The notes below the pieces were generated by a model, which saw nothing but the letters and a program-made list of their open reading frames with translations, was not told the DNA's origin and did no database searches. Shown in pieces: positions 1-9,114 of a stretch of DNA of 32,000 nt; position 1 is the first letter of the stretch, and every line of letters starts with the position of its first letter. The position numbers and the translations under genes were made by a program. Source of the stretch: SAR324 cluster bacterium (lineage in GTDB: Bacteria > SAR324 > NAC60-12). The stretch is taken from NCBI GenBank assembly GCA_015232315.1, contig JADFZZ010000003.1, positions 112,194-144,193 of the forward strand, given 5' to 3'.

Positions 1-66
1 GACAGATCCAGCCAGTAAGAAGAACAGGGACAGGGTTGTTAGTTTCTTGAATGTTTTTTGTTTCAT
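1..66 (-). CDS. Partial CDS (N-terminus only, continues off the window): secreted or periplasmic protein with a signal peptide
   Basis: The minus strand has ATG at 66..64, preceded by GGAGGA about 5 nt upstream (rc of 67-78 reads ctttggaggact). Translation is MKQKTFKKLTTLSLFFLLAGSV, a basic n-region followed by a hydrophobic core. It lies 127 bp downstream of the RND exporter on the same strand. The rest of the gene is outside the window, so no family call is possible. Confidence 0.45.
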   Translation of the reverse strand, partial: MKQKTFKKLTTLSLFFLLAGSV

Positions 67-193
67 AGTCCTCCAAAGATTGGAAATTATAAGTCGGCCA
101 CAGTGTCACGCAAAACACAGGGAATTTTATAAAACAGTCCGCTGTGTCTCCGTGTCTCTGTTGCAAAAAAAGACAATTAATTTAGAAATAGCC

Positions 194-2785
194 TCAGTTT
201 TCAAAACTCGGCAACATGGGCGAAAACAGTTTAAGAATCGCAGGGAGCAGAATCAGGGTGGTGATTCCGCTGACCAACATGATTCCAAAGAAAAAGGCAC
301 CCACTGTCACATAGGGAACCAACGGCGCGAAAAACAACGGGGAAAATCCGATTGAAATCACCAGCACATTTCGCCAGATTGCCTGGGCAGTTCCCTCAAA
401 CATTTCCTGAAAAGTCTGTTCCGCATTGTTCAGTTTCTCATTCGTCTGGCGTGCGTGCTGAATGAAATGAATCGCAAAATCCACAGACAATCCCAGCGTC
501 AGACTGGAAAGTACCGCAATCGGTATGTCATAAAATTTTCCGGCAAATCCGATGGCGCCGTAAATCATTGTGATGGTGAGAGACAGTGGCAACATCGCTA
601 CGACCCCCCATTTGAAACTTCGGAACAGGAAAACCATCATCACAAAGACAATCACAAAGGAGCCAATGAGCGACATCGCCATACCAGTGACCATTTCATC
701 CTGCCAGACCTTGTTGATGTAGGTCAGCCCAGCCCATTGTATTTCCATTGTGATCTTTTCTCCATTGGCGCCTTCATAAACTGGAACAGGATGAGTTTTC
801 ATGTAGTCAGCAAACTGATCAATCACAAACTGCATGTTCTGGTTGTCTCCTGTTTTGAATTGAATCCAGGCCTGGGCATGCAGGGAATCCCCGGGATTGA
901 TCAATTTCCACATGTCACTGCCTTTTTTCGGATCACCGGATTCAAACAGAAACATGTATTGTGAAACCTTTTCTCTTGTGTCTGGAAGACTGCTGTCGTT
1001 GAACGCCACCATGCCCACTTTTCGTAAAACATCGGCAATGGTTGTGATTCCACCGATCAGGGAATCGCCTTCCTCATTTTTCAGATTTCTCAGAAAATTG
1101 GCGGCTTGATCAATGTATTGGATTACTTCCGGATTCCGGATGGAGGGCCCTGAGGGTTTTTCCAAAGAATCCGCAAAGGCATTTGCCTCCATCGAAAAAT
1201 CAGCAAACTCATCGGTTTCCATCCCCTTGTCGTTACCAAACGGATCCGAATCATTGGAGACCGCCGGTTCAGCTTTTTCTGATTTTACTTCAGGAAAACT
1301 GAAATACAGATTGGCCCAGTAGGTTCCGGCCAGTTTCTTGTTCATGATGCGATCGGCCTTACGAATCACATGGTCTTCCTTGAACCAGCGTACAGGATTG
1401 TCATTGATGATGATCTGCCTGATTCCGAAAATGGAGATAACCATGGTCACCAGGGCCGCCACAATGACCACATGCGGAGCTTGATTGGCAATCCCTTTGA
1501 ACATATGAACCACTTCCATCACAACCGATTTTTTATCATCTTCAATGCGGCCAAACCCCATGATTGTTTTTTCAGAGAGCAGCATGCTGTATGCGGGAAT
1601 AAAAACCATGGACAAAATCCAGGCTAACGCAACCCCAAACGCAATGGTCACGCCAAACACAACCACGGGTGGAATCCCGGTTGTTGCCAGTGACGCAAAC
1701 CCGACAACGGTTGTCACGGAAGTAAACAGCATCGGGAGAAACAACTCGTCCATGACATGTCGAAGGGCATCCTTACGATCACTGTAACGGTTCATTTGAT
1801 CATGCAGTGTGCTCAGGATGTGCACCGAATCCAGCACCGCAATCGGCATCAGAAATATGGGGATCATCGAACTCATGATGTGAATGCTCTGCCCGGAAAA
1901 AATGAGTGCGGCCATGGACCATGTAACCGTGAGCAGGGCCAATATCATAGGGGCGGCAATCAGGGCCAGATTTCTAAAAAAGAAATACAGCAGTATAAAG
2001 ATCACCAGTCCCGCTCCCGGTGCATAAACCGCCATTTGAATGAACATCTCATTGCCGAACGTGTTTTCCGCGACAGGAAGTCCCGAGATGAAAAACCGAT
2101 CATCGTCAGTGAAATGTTTGTTTGCGATGTCTTCAATTTTTTTGCTCAGGAAATAACTCCGATCTTTTTTCCCTTTTTCCAAGGGAATATAAATGCCGGC
2201 AATCGTCCCATCAGCCGCGGCAAGTTTGTTCATAAACAGTGGATTATTATTGAGCGCGGCCAGCAGTTGATCGGCCTCTTGCTGATTTTCAGGCGGGGTG
2301 TCCATCAACGGTTTCAACAACAATTCGCCGGACGCGTTCAAAATTATATCATCCACCGTAGACAGTGAAAACACATCCTCTTTCACAAACAATCGCAAAT
2401 TTTTCGCGTCATCTTCCGGATGAACACTCAGGATATTTACCAGCTTCGAGAACCAATGATCCGGATCAGACCTTTCATCTTCAACCGTCAGGATTTCCCG
2501 GGTAACCGCATGGATACGGGCCAGACGTTCCGGGGTGAATACCGAAGAACCATCATGGCTCATCACACCCACCACAATCATATCGCGGGTATTGAATTCG
2601 TCCTTGATCTGGCTGTAGAGCGTGATGGCCGGGTTGTTCTGGTTCAGCATGTGAACCGGATCGGTATCGGTCTTGATGCTGGGTAACGCAAACAGGGAGA
2701 CCAGAGTCAGCATGACACAAATCATGATAACCGTTTTTGGTCGTTCTATTCCAAACTCAATGATATTTTTTTTGAATGATTTCAT
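194..2785 (-). CDS. RND-superfamily / MMPL-type exporter (COG1033-like 'predicted exporter')
   Basis: Uninterrupted 863-aa ORF with the classic RND layout. It has TM1 (TVIMICVMLTLVSLFALPSI), a roughly 220-aa periplasmic loop, then a cluster of 5 TM helices. This is followed by TM7 (VVIVAALVTMVISIFGI), a second roughly 230-aa loop and a second 5-TM cluster. The two halves are internally duplicated. Substrate is unknown. Confidence 0.85.
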   Translation of the reverse strand: MKSFKKNIIEFGIERPKTVIMICVMLTLVSLFALPSIKTDTDPVHMLNQNNPAITLYSQIKDEFNTRDMIVVGVMSHDGSSVFTPERLARIHAVTREILTVEDERSDPDHWFSKLVNILSVHPEDDAKNLRLFVKEDVFSLSTVDDIILNASGELLLKPLMDTPPENQQEADQLLAALNNNPLFMNKLAAADGTIAGIYIPLEKGKKDRSYFLSKKIEDIANKHFTDDDRFFISGLPVAENTFGNEMFIQMAVYAPGAGLVIFILLYFFFRNLALIAAPMILALLTVTWSMAALIFSGQSIHIMSSMIPIFLMPIAVLDSVHILSTLHDQMNRYSDRKDALRHVMDELFLPMLFTSVTTVVGFASLATTGIPPVVVFGVTIAFGVALAWILSMVFIPAYSMLLSEKTIMGFGRIEDDKKSVVMEVVHMFKGIANQAPHVVIVAALVTMVISIFGIRQIIINDNPVRWFKEDHVIRKADRIMNKKLAGTYWANLYFSFPEVKSEKAEPAVSNDSDPFGNDKGMETDEFADFSMEANAFADSLEKPSGPSIRNPEVIQYIDQAANFLRNLKNEEGDSLIGGITTIADVLRKVGMVAFNDSSLPDTREKVSQYMFLFESGDPKKGSDMWKLINPGDSLHAQAWIQFKTGDNQNMQFVIDQFADYMKTHPVPVYEGANGEKITMEIQWAGLTYINKVWQDEMVTGMAMSLIGSFVIVFVMMVFLFRSFKWGVVAMLPLSLTITMIYGAIGFAGKFYDIPIAVLSSLTLGLSVDFAIHFIQHARQTNEKLNNAEQTFQEMFEGTAQAIWRNVLVISIGFSPLFFAPLVPYVTVGAFFFGIMLVSGITTLILLPAILKLFSPMLPSFEN

Positions 2786-2819
2786 GTTTTTTTTTTGATG
2801 ACAGGGTTAATAATAAGAA

Positions 2820-2839
2820 ATGAATATTCACATATTCAT
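2820..2839. promoter_or_regulatory. Overlapping AT-rich palindromes, a candidate operator upstream of the RND exporter
   Basis: tgaatattca (2821-2830) is a perfect 10-bp palindrome. atgaatat (2820-2827) and atattcat (2832-2839) form an 8-bp inverted repeat. The site is 35-55 bp upstream of the exporter ATG (2785, minus strand). No regulator can be assigned. Confidence 0.2.
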
Positions 2840-2996
2840 ATATAGTTTCACCTAAATTACTTTAAAAAAATGATAGGTCCAGTTTAAAAATCAGTTTTTC
2901 GAATTTGATTCTGTTATTCCAGAACTATGTGATGTTTCTCAATCTCAAGGACAAAGCAAACGCAGGTATGACTGGGATACCTGAAAATTGGTATGG

Positions 2997-3349
2997 TAAG
3001 TACCCGACCAAAAATAATTAAACATTTTTTCTGGTTCCCTACCTCTGGTGCAAGGCTGTTAAGTTAAGCACTCTAAAGGTCCCGGCACCAATTCCCCCTT
3101 GGTTTAAGGGGGTTAGGGGGATGTTATTCTGAGCGTTAAATCCCCCATGCCCCCTTTGAAAAGGGGGATTTTCTCGCTCGTAATTTCTTAACTTAACAGT
3201 CGTGGACCTCTGGTGGGGAACCCTCCTTGTCCCACTTCCGGTGGCTTGCCAACAAGCCGTGGAAGAGCACCAGAGGTACATTATGGAATGGTTCCCGACG
3301 AGACGTCAGGAACCAGATTAATGTTAAAAAACTGTTGATCGGGTACTTA
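2997..3349. repeat. Large imperfect palindromic element (outer element of a nested pair)
   Basis: The left arm (2997-3051) reads taagtacccgaCcaa...ttaaacatt...tctggttcc...tacctctggtgc. The reverse complement of the right arm (3267-3349) reads taagtacccgaTcaa...ttaacatt...tctggttcc[29-nt insert]gtacctctggtgc. The extra 29 nt in the right arm form their own 11-bp-stem hairpin (ggttcccgacg-aga-cgtcaggaacc, 3291-3315). I found no target-site duplication. Confidence 0.55.
3051..3205. mobile_element. MITE-like non-autonomous element (155 bp) inserted into the outer palindrome
   Basis: Perfect 13-bp inverted repeat ctgttaagttaag (3056-3068) / cttaacttaacag (3187-3199). It is flanked by a 10-bp direct repeat ACCTCTGGTG (3041-3050 and 3206-3215). 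The interior holds three consecutive hairpins built on G5/C5 runs: cccccttGGTTTaaggggg (3094-3112), gggggat...atccccc (3116-3146) and ccccctttGAAaaaggggg (3150-3167). It has no coding capacity. Confidence 0.55.
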
Positions 3350-3513
3350 TTTATTTTGATGTCCCAAAACAGGAATTTAACTCAACTTATCGGAGGTTCT
3401 CGTAAAGAACATGAAAAACTATTGATATTCGGGAATGAAAATGGCATTAGAATAACGAAATGCACGATTTAACGTGGATAAAATATTTCTGTATTCCTTT
3501 GAGCCTTTGATTG

Positions 3514-6500
3514 ATGGACAACATATTTCACGCTGATCACCTGTTTCCGTATGCGATTCCACCGTTTTTGACGATGGTGACCGCCTTTTTTCTGGCATCC
3601 ATCACGATTCAGGCTGGACGAGAGAAACGCGCAAATCAGTTATTCACCCTTTACTGTTTGCTTCAGGGACTGCTCTATCTTGATGTGATCCTGGAAACTC
3701 TGTGGATTTCCAAAGTGGCGGCGTTGACCTTCGGACGCGTCATTTTTATGTTTTATATCTTTATTGTTCCGGTAGGTGTTCACTTTGTTCATACCATTTT
3801 TGGGATAAAAGGGTCTTTGCGGATCATTCGCGGATTCTATGCGTTCAGTGCTATTTTTCTCATTATTGTTCCCACCTCCTATTTTTTCAGTGACTACCGG
3901 GATGTCTTTTATGGAAAGGTTCCGGTTCCTGGAATTGGGTTTCACCTATTCTCCTTATACGCGTTGGGTTCCATTATTTATAATGCAATAATTTTGTGGA
4001 AAGGATTCCGACAGACAACAGATTCTGAAAAAAAGCAGAAAATCCGCTATGTGACCTCCGGGATTTTGCTCAACGCGTTTTTAACCTTGTTCAATATTCT
4101 GCCGCTTTTAGACATTGAACTGTATCCCCTGGGAAACTTTGGTTTCATCCCTCTGGCCCTAATGGGCTACGGAATCCTTCAACATCAGTTTCTGGACACA
4201 ACCAAAAGCTGGTTCTCCCAAACAGCGTTTACCAGATTGGTGGTGGGACTCATCTGGGCTCCTTTGGTACTCAGCCTTGTGTTCTGGTTTTTTGCACCCG
4301 CAGAGATGTTTCGTTCTAATGGTTATGAGCATTTTTTACACTACTCCATTCCTCCACTACTAACCGTATTGACCTGTTATGGTCTGGCAACCTTCTGTTT
4401 CACCTCAGGAGGCGCAAAACTGGAAAATCTGCTGTTTGGACTCATTTGCTGGCTGTGGGGGGGCGTGGCCATTGAATTATTGTTTACAGGCAATGTGCTG
4501 GATCAAAATATTGCTTTGTGGATCACCCGAATTGATCATTTTCATCTGGTCAATCAATTGGCGATTTCACTGCATTTAATTTACCGGATTGTCCATCGCC
4601 CCCAACGGAAACTGATTTATTTCTATTACGCTTTTGGCGTCTGTCTGATGTTTTTGACGCATACATCGTATTATTACCAGGATACGATGTATCTTTATTC
4701 CTGGGGGTTGTTCCCCAAAGCAAACTGGGCCCTTCTTGTATATGGAGTTTTTAGTGCTGTCGCAATGATCTGGGCGTTCTGGTTGTTGTTCCAGAAGATG
4801 CGGCATGAACAGGATGCGTTTCAAAAAAAACAAATCCTGTTTATTTTTATTGGAGTGGTGATTACGGCCACACTCAATATCGGAATGGTTCCCGCGACGT
4901 TGGGCATTGATTTCTATCCATTGGGCGGATTTTCATTTATTGCCATTGCAATAACAGCGTATGGGATTTTCTACCATGATGCGCTCAAGCTCAATCCCTA
5001 TACAAAAAAACGGTTGGTTCGTAATATTTATAGAGGCACCATTTTTGCCGGTTATTTTCTCATGATTCCTGTGTCGCTATGGGCCTTACAGGGTTTGACA
5101 GGCGAACACCTCCTGAATCGAATCTGGCCCTATGGAATTCCACCGCTCCTCTCCCTCCTCGTCTGTATTTTTCTATCAAAAATTCTATTGGGAATGGCCA
5201 GCCACAATCAAAAAGAAATCTATGTGTTCAACCTTTTATGTCTGAGTTATGCGTTTTTGAATATGGATATCCTGTTGAATGGCATTGTCACAGATGTCTC
5301 CATAGGATTGCGACTCAATCGCTGGGATCATTTTCAATTGGCTTTTCTGGGAGGGTTCTCCATTCATTTACTCTATCGAATCACCCGCTATGAAAAGCTC
5401 CGATGGTTGATCCCAACCTGTTATGGCTTTGGGGCAATCATGGCTCCGCTGACCCAAACCACCTTTTACCTGCAAGACGAAATGTACACCTATTACTGGG
5501 GTTTTTTTGGCAAAAAAGCCGTACTTTTCGATGTCATGAGTCTGTTCTGGATGACTGTCATTGTTTACACCTGCCTGGTTTATTTCAGATATTATCAAAA
5601 AAGCCGTGACGCCTTCGAAAAACACCGTTTGTTCTATCTGTTCAATGGATTTCTCATTATCGGCTTGCTGTCACTGGGAAACATACCGGCGTTGAATGGC
5701 TATGAAATCTACCCTTTATGTAATTTCATCTTCATTCCCATGCTGTTCCTGGCTTACGGGATGCTGATTCACAACGTGAAAGAACTCACGCAACTGGTTC
5801 GGACCACCCTGTACAGGGCTGGATTGGCCGGCTTCATGATTCTCCTCACAGGCATATTTTGGCAGATTGATCTTTTCACAGAAAATTTTCAGGGCTATCT
5901 CTTGGGATTTATTTTCGGCGTACTCTGCCTGCTGGCCTTTGCCAAAAGCTGGAACATTATCTTGAGACTGTTTTTTATTGAGGAAAAAGAATCCCTGCAG
6001 AAAGCCTTCAACTTCATGATGGAATTGTTTTCACAAGCCACCCGTTTCAGGGAACTGTATCAGTTTGTCAGCTATTCATTGTTTCGCACTCTGTCCGCCC
6101 GTCGTTGTATTCTGTTGATTCAACATGCTCCGGATCAGGATTTTGAAGGCTGGTCCTATCAAAGCATGCAAGACACATTTTTTGAGAAGGCGCATCCCAT
6201 TGAAAACAGTGAACTGCCCGTCTCCCTGAAGCTGGAAAATCAGGTAATCCAGTGGTTCAACACGTTAGGGCGTGGGGCCAGTCACGAAGAAATGATAGAG
6301 TGGGCACTCCTCAACGATGTTTCCTTTGAACCGGGAAATGCCTTGGTGTCCGCAGAGTGGATTCAACCCGTTTTTTTCGAAAATCGACTCAAAGGTTTGG
6401 TACTGCTCCATGAAAAAACAAACAACTCCGCTTATACCCATGAAGAAAAGGAATTCCTCTTTCAATTGGGGATGGCGTTGGGATCTTACATCCAGAGTCT

Positions 6501-8565
6501 GGAGCTGTTACAGGGACTGGAGACAAAAGTACAGGAGCGCACCAGTGAGATCCATCATCTCAATCAGGTGATTCAGGCCGTCAATTCCACGCTGGAACTG
6601 GACGAAATCATTTTAACCATCATGGGATTTCTGCAGGAAATCTTTGATTTTAATCAATTGGGAATCTTCATGGCGGATCCCTCTGGTCAGGAGTTGCTCC
6701 TTATCGAGTATTTTGGTGAGGATATTAATGAAGAGAACCTGAACATCGTGAAAAGCGTTTATCTTCCATTGAAAAGTAATGTAAGTTATGTGTGCGAACC
6801 GTTTTTGAACAATAGCCCCTATTATTTTTCTCCGGTTACAGAAGAACTGGTCCAATATTTCTTTCCGGCAGATAAACAAATTTATGATGCGAATCCTGTC
6901 CAGTCCTACCTTCTGTTTCCGCTGTTAAGGCAGAATCAACCGGTTGGAACGATTGTTTTTGCCAATAGCAAGACAGCTTTTCAATTGATGGAATCGGATA
7001 TGGAACAAATTCAACGTTACGTATCCCAGGTTTCTTCTGCGTTAAACAATGCTCACCTCTCAGAAGAAACGCATAAAGCCCTCTTGAAAGCTCAAATCAA
7101 GGAACAGGAAATCACCCATATCAATCAGGTCGTTCAAACCGTGAATTCCACTCTGGATTTGTCACAGGTCATGCAATCGGTGATGGAGGCCTTGAAACAG
7201 GTGTTTCCGTTCGATCATATCGCGATCATGCTGGTTGATGAAGCTACCCAAACGATGAGATTCGAAAAGATCTATGGAACATCTTCTGACGAACTGGTTC
7301 TGAAGCTGAAACAATTGATCTTTCCTCTCGAGAATATCAATAGTTTTTATGTCAAAACAGTGGTGTATAACGATCTGAACTACATTCCCCGGATCACTCC
7401 TGAGTTAGCTGAATTGTTCTGCGAAAGTGATAAAAAAGCTTATGACATTAATCCAATAACCGCCATTTTAATGTATCCTCTGGAAGTTCAGGAGAATGTC
7501 ATTGGAACACTTGGCTTTGCCAACTATCATGATTTTTTTGATTTGGAAGAAGATACGATCTATAAAATCCAGCGTTATGTCGCTCAGGTTGCGACTGCCA
7601 TCCACAATGCCCAGGTCCATGATGAATTGAAAACAACGAGGGTTCAATTGGCAGAGTCAGAAAAAATCGCGGCAATGACTCTGACCTTTGAAAAATTTGT
7701 GCCTCAACAATTTCTGAGTCGTATTGCCAGAGAAGGGCTGGAAAAGATTGAGCTGGGCAAAGCTGAAAGCGCTTTTATCACCATCCTGTTTTCTGATATT
7801 CGCTCCTTCACCACCTTGTCAGAAACCCTGCCGCCACAGGAATTGATGAACTTCCTGAATGCCTATCTAAAACGGATGGCCAAACCAATCCATGCTCAAA
7901 AAGGTTATATTGACAAGTTCATTGGGGACGCGATCATGGCGCTCTTTGATCTTCCCGATGAAACCCACTCAGAAGAGGCCCTGCGGAGTGTTACTGCCGC
8001 GATTGACATGCATAAAGTTTTGCAACGTTACAATCGACACCGCCAGAAGGTTGGATATGCCCCTATCGAGATCGGGATCGGCATCCATAGTGGACCGGTC
8101 GTCATTGGAACTGTTGGCTCCTCAGACCGGATGGATTCAACCGTTTTGGGAGATACCGTCAATCTTGCGTCCAGACTGGAGAGCCTCACCAAACAATATG
8201 GAGTGAATATCCTGATCAGCAACGAAACCTTTGAGTTGATTCCCAATGAAGAAAATTTTCTTGTTCGGGAAATTGATTGGGTCAAAGTCAAAGGCAAAAA
8301 AGAACCAGTAGGGATATATGAAGTGTTTGATCATGTTCCCAAAGAAATTCAAGAACTCAAACGCAGGTCTGGAAAGTTGATCAAGAAAGGTCTCGTCAGA
8401 AGAATGTTCCGACAGTGGGATGCCGCAATTGAAGCGTTCCGGGAAGCTCTGCAAGTTTACCCGGAAGACAAAACCCCGAAAATCCACATAGAGCGTTGTC
8501 TGATGCTCCAGAATGCCGATCTTCCTGAAAATTGGGATGGGGCGGTGTCGCTGGATAGCAAATAA
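3514..8565 (+). CDS. Giant membrane receptor adenylate cyclase: 3 x 7TM sensor modules, degenerate GAF-like domain, 2 x GAF, class III cyclase, C-terminal TPR-like tail
   Basis: 1683-aa ORF from ATG 3514; the ORF track starts at TTG 3511. Three tandem 7TM modules lie at about 3544-4195, 4336-4980 and 5125-5775. Each opens with an (F/W)PYxIPP helix and closes with a G-x-x-x-YP-x-G-x-F-x-FIP...AYG...H helix. Two GAF-like domains (about 6556-7060 and 7111-7620) are each preceded by a coiled coil containing HxNQV(I/V)QxVNSTL. Class III cyclase motifs are ITILFSDIRSFT, IDKFIGDAIMALF and DSTVLGDTVNLASRLE (about 7771-8333). The tail reads PENWDGAVSLDSK. Confidence 0.9.
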   Translation: MDNIFHADHLFPYAIPPFLTMVTAFFLASITIQAGREKRANQLFTLYCLLQGLLYLDVILETLWISKVAALTFGRVIFMFYIFIVPVGVHFVHTIFGIKGSLRIIRGFYAFSAIFLIIVPTSYFFSDYRDVFYGKVPVPGIGFHLFSLYALGSIIYNAIILWKGFRQTTDSEKKQKIRYVTSGILLNAFLTLFNILPLLDIELYPLGNFGFIPLALMGYGILQHQFLDTTKSWFSQTAFTRLVVGLIWAPLVLSLVFWFFAPAEMFRSNGYEHFLHYSIPPLLTVLTCYGLATFCFTSGGAKLENLLFGLICWLWGGVAIELLFTGNVLDQNIALWITRIDHFHLVNQLAISLHLIYRIVHRPQRKLIYFYYAFGVCLMFLTHTSYYYQDTMYLYSWGLFPKANWALLVYGVFSAVAMIWAFWLLFQKMRHEQDAFQKKQILFIFIGVVITATLNIGMVPATLGIDFYPLGGFSFIAIAITAYGIFYHDALKLNPYTKKRLVRNIYRGTIFAGYFLMIPVSLWALQGLTGEHLLNRIWPYGIPPLLSLLVCIFLSKILLGMASHNQKEIYVFNLLCLSYAFLNMDILLNGIVTDVSIGLRLNRWDHFQLAFLGGFSIHLLYRITRYEKLRWLIPTCYGFGAIMAPLTQTTFYLQDEMYTYYWGFFGKKAVLFDVMSLFWMTVIVYTCLVYFRYYQKSRDAFEKHRLFYLFNGFLIIGLLSLGNIPALNGYEIYPLCNFIFIPMLFLAYGMLIHNVKELTQLVRTTLYRAGLAGFMILLTGIFWQIDLFTENFQGYLLGFIFGVLCLLAFAKSWNIILRLFFIEEKESLQKAFNFMMELFSQATRFRELYQFVSYSLFRTLSARRCILLIQHAPDQDFEGWSYQSMQDTFFEKAHPIENSELPVSLKLENQVIQWFNTLGRGASHEEMIEWALLNDVSFEPGNALVSAEWIQPVFFENRLKGLVLLHEKTNNSAYTHEEKEFLFQLGMALGSYIQSLELLQGLETKVQERTSEIHHLNQVIQAVNSTLELDEIILTIMGFLQEIFDFNQLGIFMADPSGQELLLIEYFGEDINEENLNIVKSVYLPLKSNVSYVCEPFLNNSPYYFSPVTEELVQYFFPADKQIYDANPVQSYLLFPLLRQNQPVGTIVFANSKTAFQLMESDMEQIQRYVSQVSSALNNAHLSEETHKALLKAQIKEQEITHINQVVQTVNSTLDLSQVMQSVMEALKQVFPFDHIAIMLVDEATQTMRFEKIYGTSSDELVLKLKQLIFPLENINSFYVKTVVYNDLNYIPRITPELAELFCESDKKAYDINPITAILMYPLEVQENVIGTLGFANYHDFFDLEEDTIYKIQRYVAQVATAIHNAQVHDELKTTRVQLAESEKIAAMTLTFEKFVPQQFLSRIAREGLEKIELGKAESAFITILFSDIRSFTTLSETLPPQELMNFLNAYLKRMAKPIHAQKGYIDKFIGDAIMALFDLPDETHSEEALRSVTAAIDMHKVLQRYNRHRQKVGYAPIEIGIGIHSGPVVIGTVGSSDRMDSTVLGDTVNLASRLESLTKQYGVNILISNETFELIPNEENFLVREIDWVKVKGKKEPVGIYEVFDHVPKEIQELKRRSGKLIKKGLVRRMFRQWDAAIEAFREALQVYPEDKTPKIHIERCLMLQNADLPENWDGAVSLDSK

Positions 8566-8607
8566 TCTCTTTCTTCATCCATTTGTATGAGCTGATCCTT
8601 GTACAGT

Positions 8608-9114
8608 TCATGGAATAGATTTTAAGGCAAGAAACATCTGAATTGGCTCCGGACGATCTGCCAACTTTCCTTGTTTGACATCAATACGTTCAAACCCATA
8701 ACGCGAATAGAACTCAACCGCCTCAGGTTTTGCATCAACGACAATTCCCACACAACCAAATTTTTGTCTCATTTCTTTAGCTAAATCAAATACCGTTTTC
8801 AATAACTGTAAACCAATCCCTTGCCCTTGAGAATGCTCACTTATGGCTAAACGTGCCAAGCGTAAAACTGGAAGGGGATATTGAGGCAATTTCTTCTTTT
8901 GTGGCTCTTTGAGGAATTCAATTTCTATGTGAGAGGCTGAAATGGTTGCATAACCTTTTATTTCCTGGTCCTCAACGGCTACATAAGTTGTTCCAACATG
9001 ATGTCTAAATTGATTTTGCCCCGCATACAGTTTGAAGAAGCGATCGAGATCTGGATTGCCTGATTGAAAACGAGTTCTATCATCCATTGGACGTAAGGGC
9101 CGAATTTCAATCAT
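8608..9114 (-). CDS. GNAT-family acetyltransferase toxin of a type II TA pair (TacT/KacT/AtaT-like)
   Basis: Sequence from the internal start is MIEIRPL...FQSGNPDLDRFF...PVLRLARLAISEHSQGQGIGLQLL...VVDAKPEAVEFYSRYGFE. This is the acetyl-CoA-binding Q/RxxGxG motif and the general layout of GNAT toxins. The start ATG (9114) overlaps the upstream antitoxin stop in ATGATTGA, an 8-nt overlap. The 198-aa ORF-track version (to 9204) would run through the antitoxin gene, so the shorter start is preferred. Confidence 0.75.
   Translation of the reverse strand: MIEIRPLRPMDDRTRFQSGNPDLDRFFKLYAGQNQFRHHVGTTYVAVEDQEIKGYATISASHIEIEFLKEPQKKKLPQYPLPVLRLARLAISEHSQGQGIGLQLLKTVFDLAKEMRQKFGCVGIVVDAKPEAVEFYSRYGFERIDVKQGKLADRPEPIQMFLALKSIP

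Noticed and set aside
455-2686. Plus-strand ORFs (455-964, 897-1109, 1113-1322, 1370-1627, 1545-1787, 1757-2368, 2420-2686) inside the RND exporter region
   Set aside because: All are fully antisense to the uninterrupted 863-aa exporter ORF. Their compositions are biased and rich in H, R and N, with no recognisable motifs. They are typical shadow ORFs.
3094-3167. The three G5/C5 hairpins as a mini CRISPR array or a riboswitch
   Set aside because: The stems differ in sequence and length and the spacers are only 3-5 nt, so this is not a repeat-spacer architecture. I recognise no known riboswitch consensus. The hairpins are enclosed by TIRs and a TSD, which favours a mobile repeat.
3039-3472. 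ORFs 3039-3281 (-) and 3227-3472 (+) as small protein genes
   Set aside because: They are read through the hairpin and inverted-repeat elements. The peptide strings such as PPFQRGHGGFN are a by-product of the G5/C5 stems. There is no RBS and no protein-like features.
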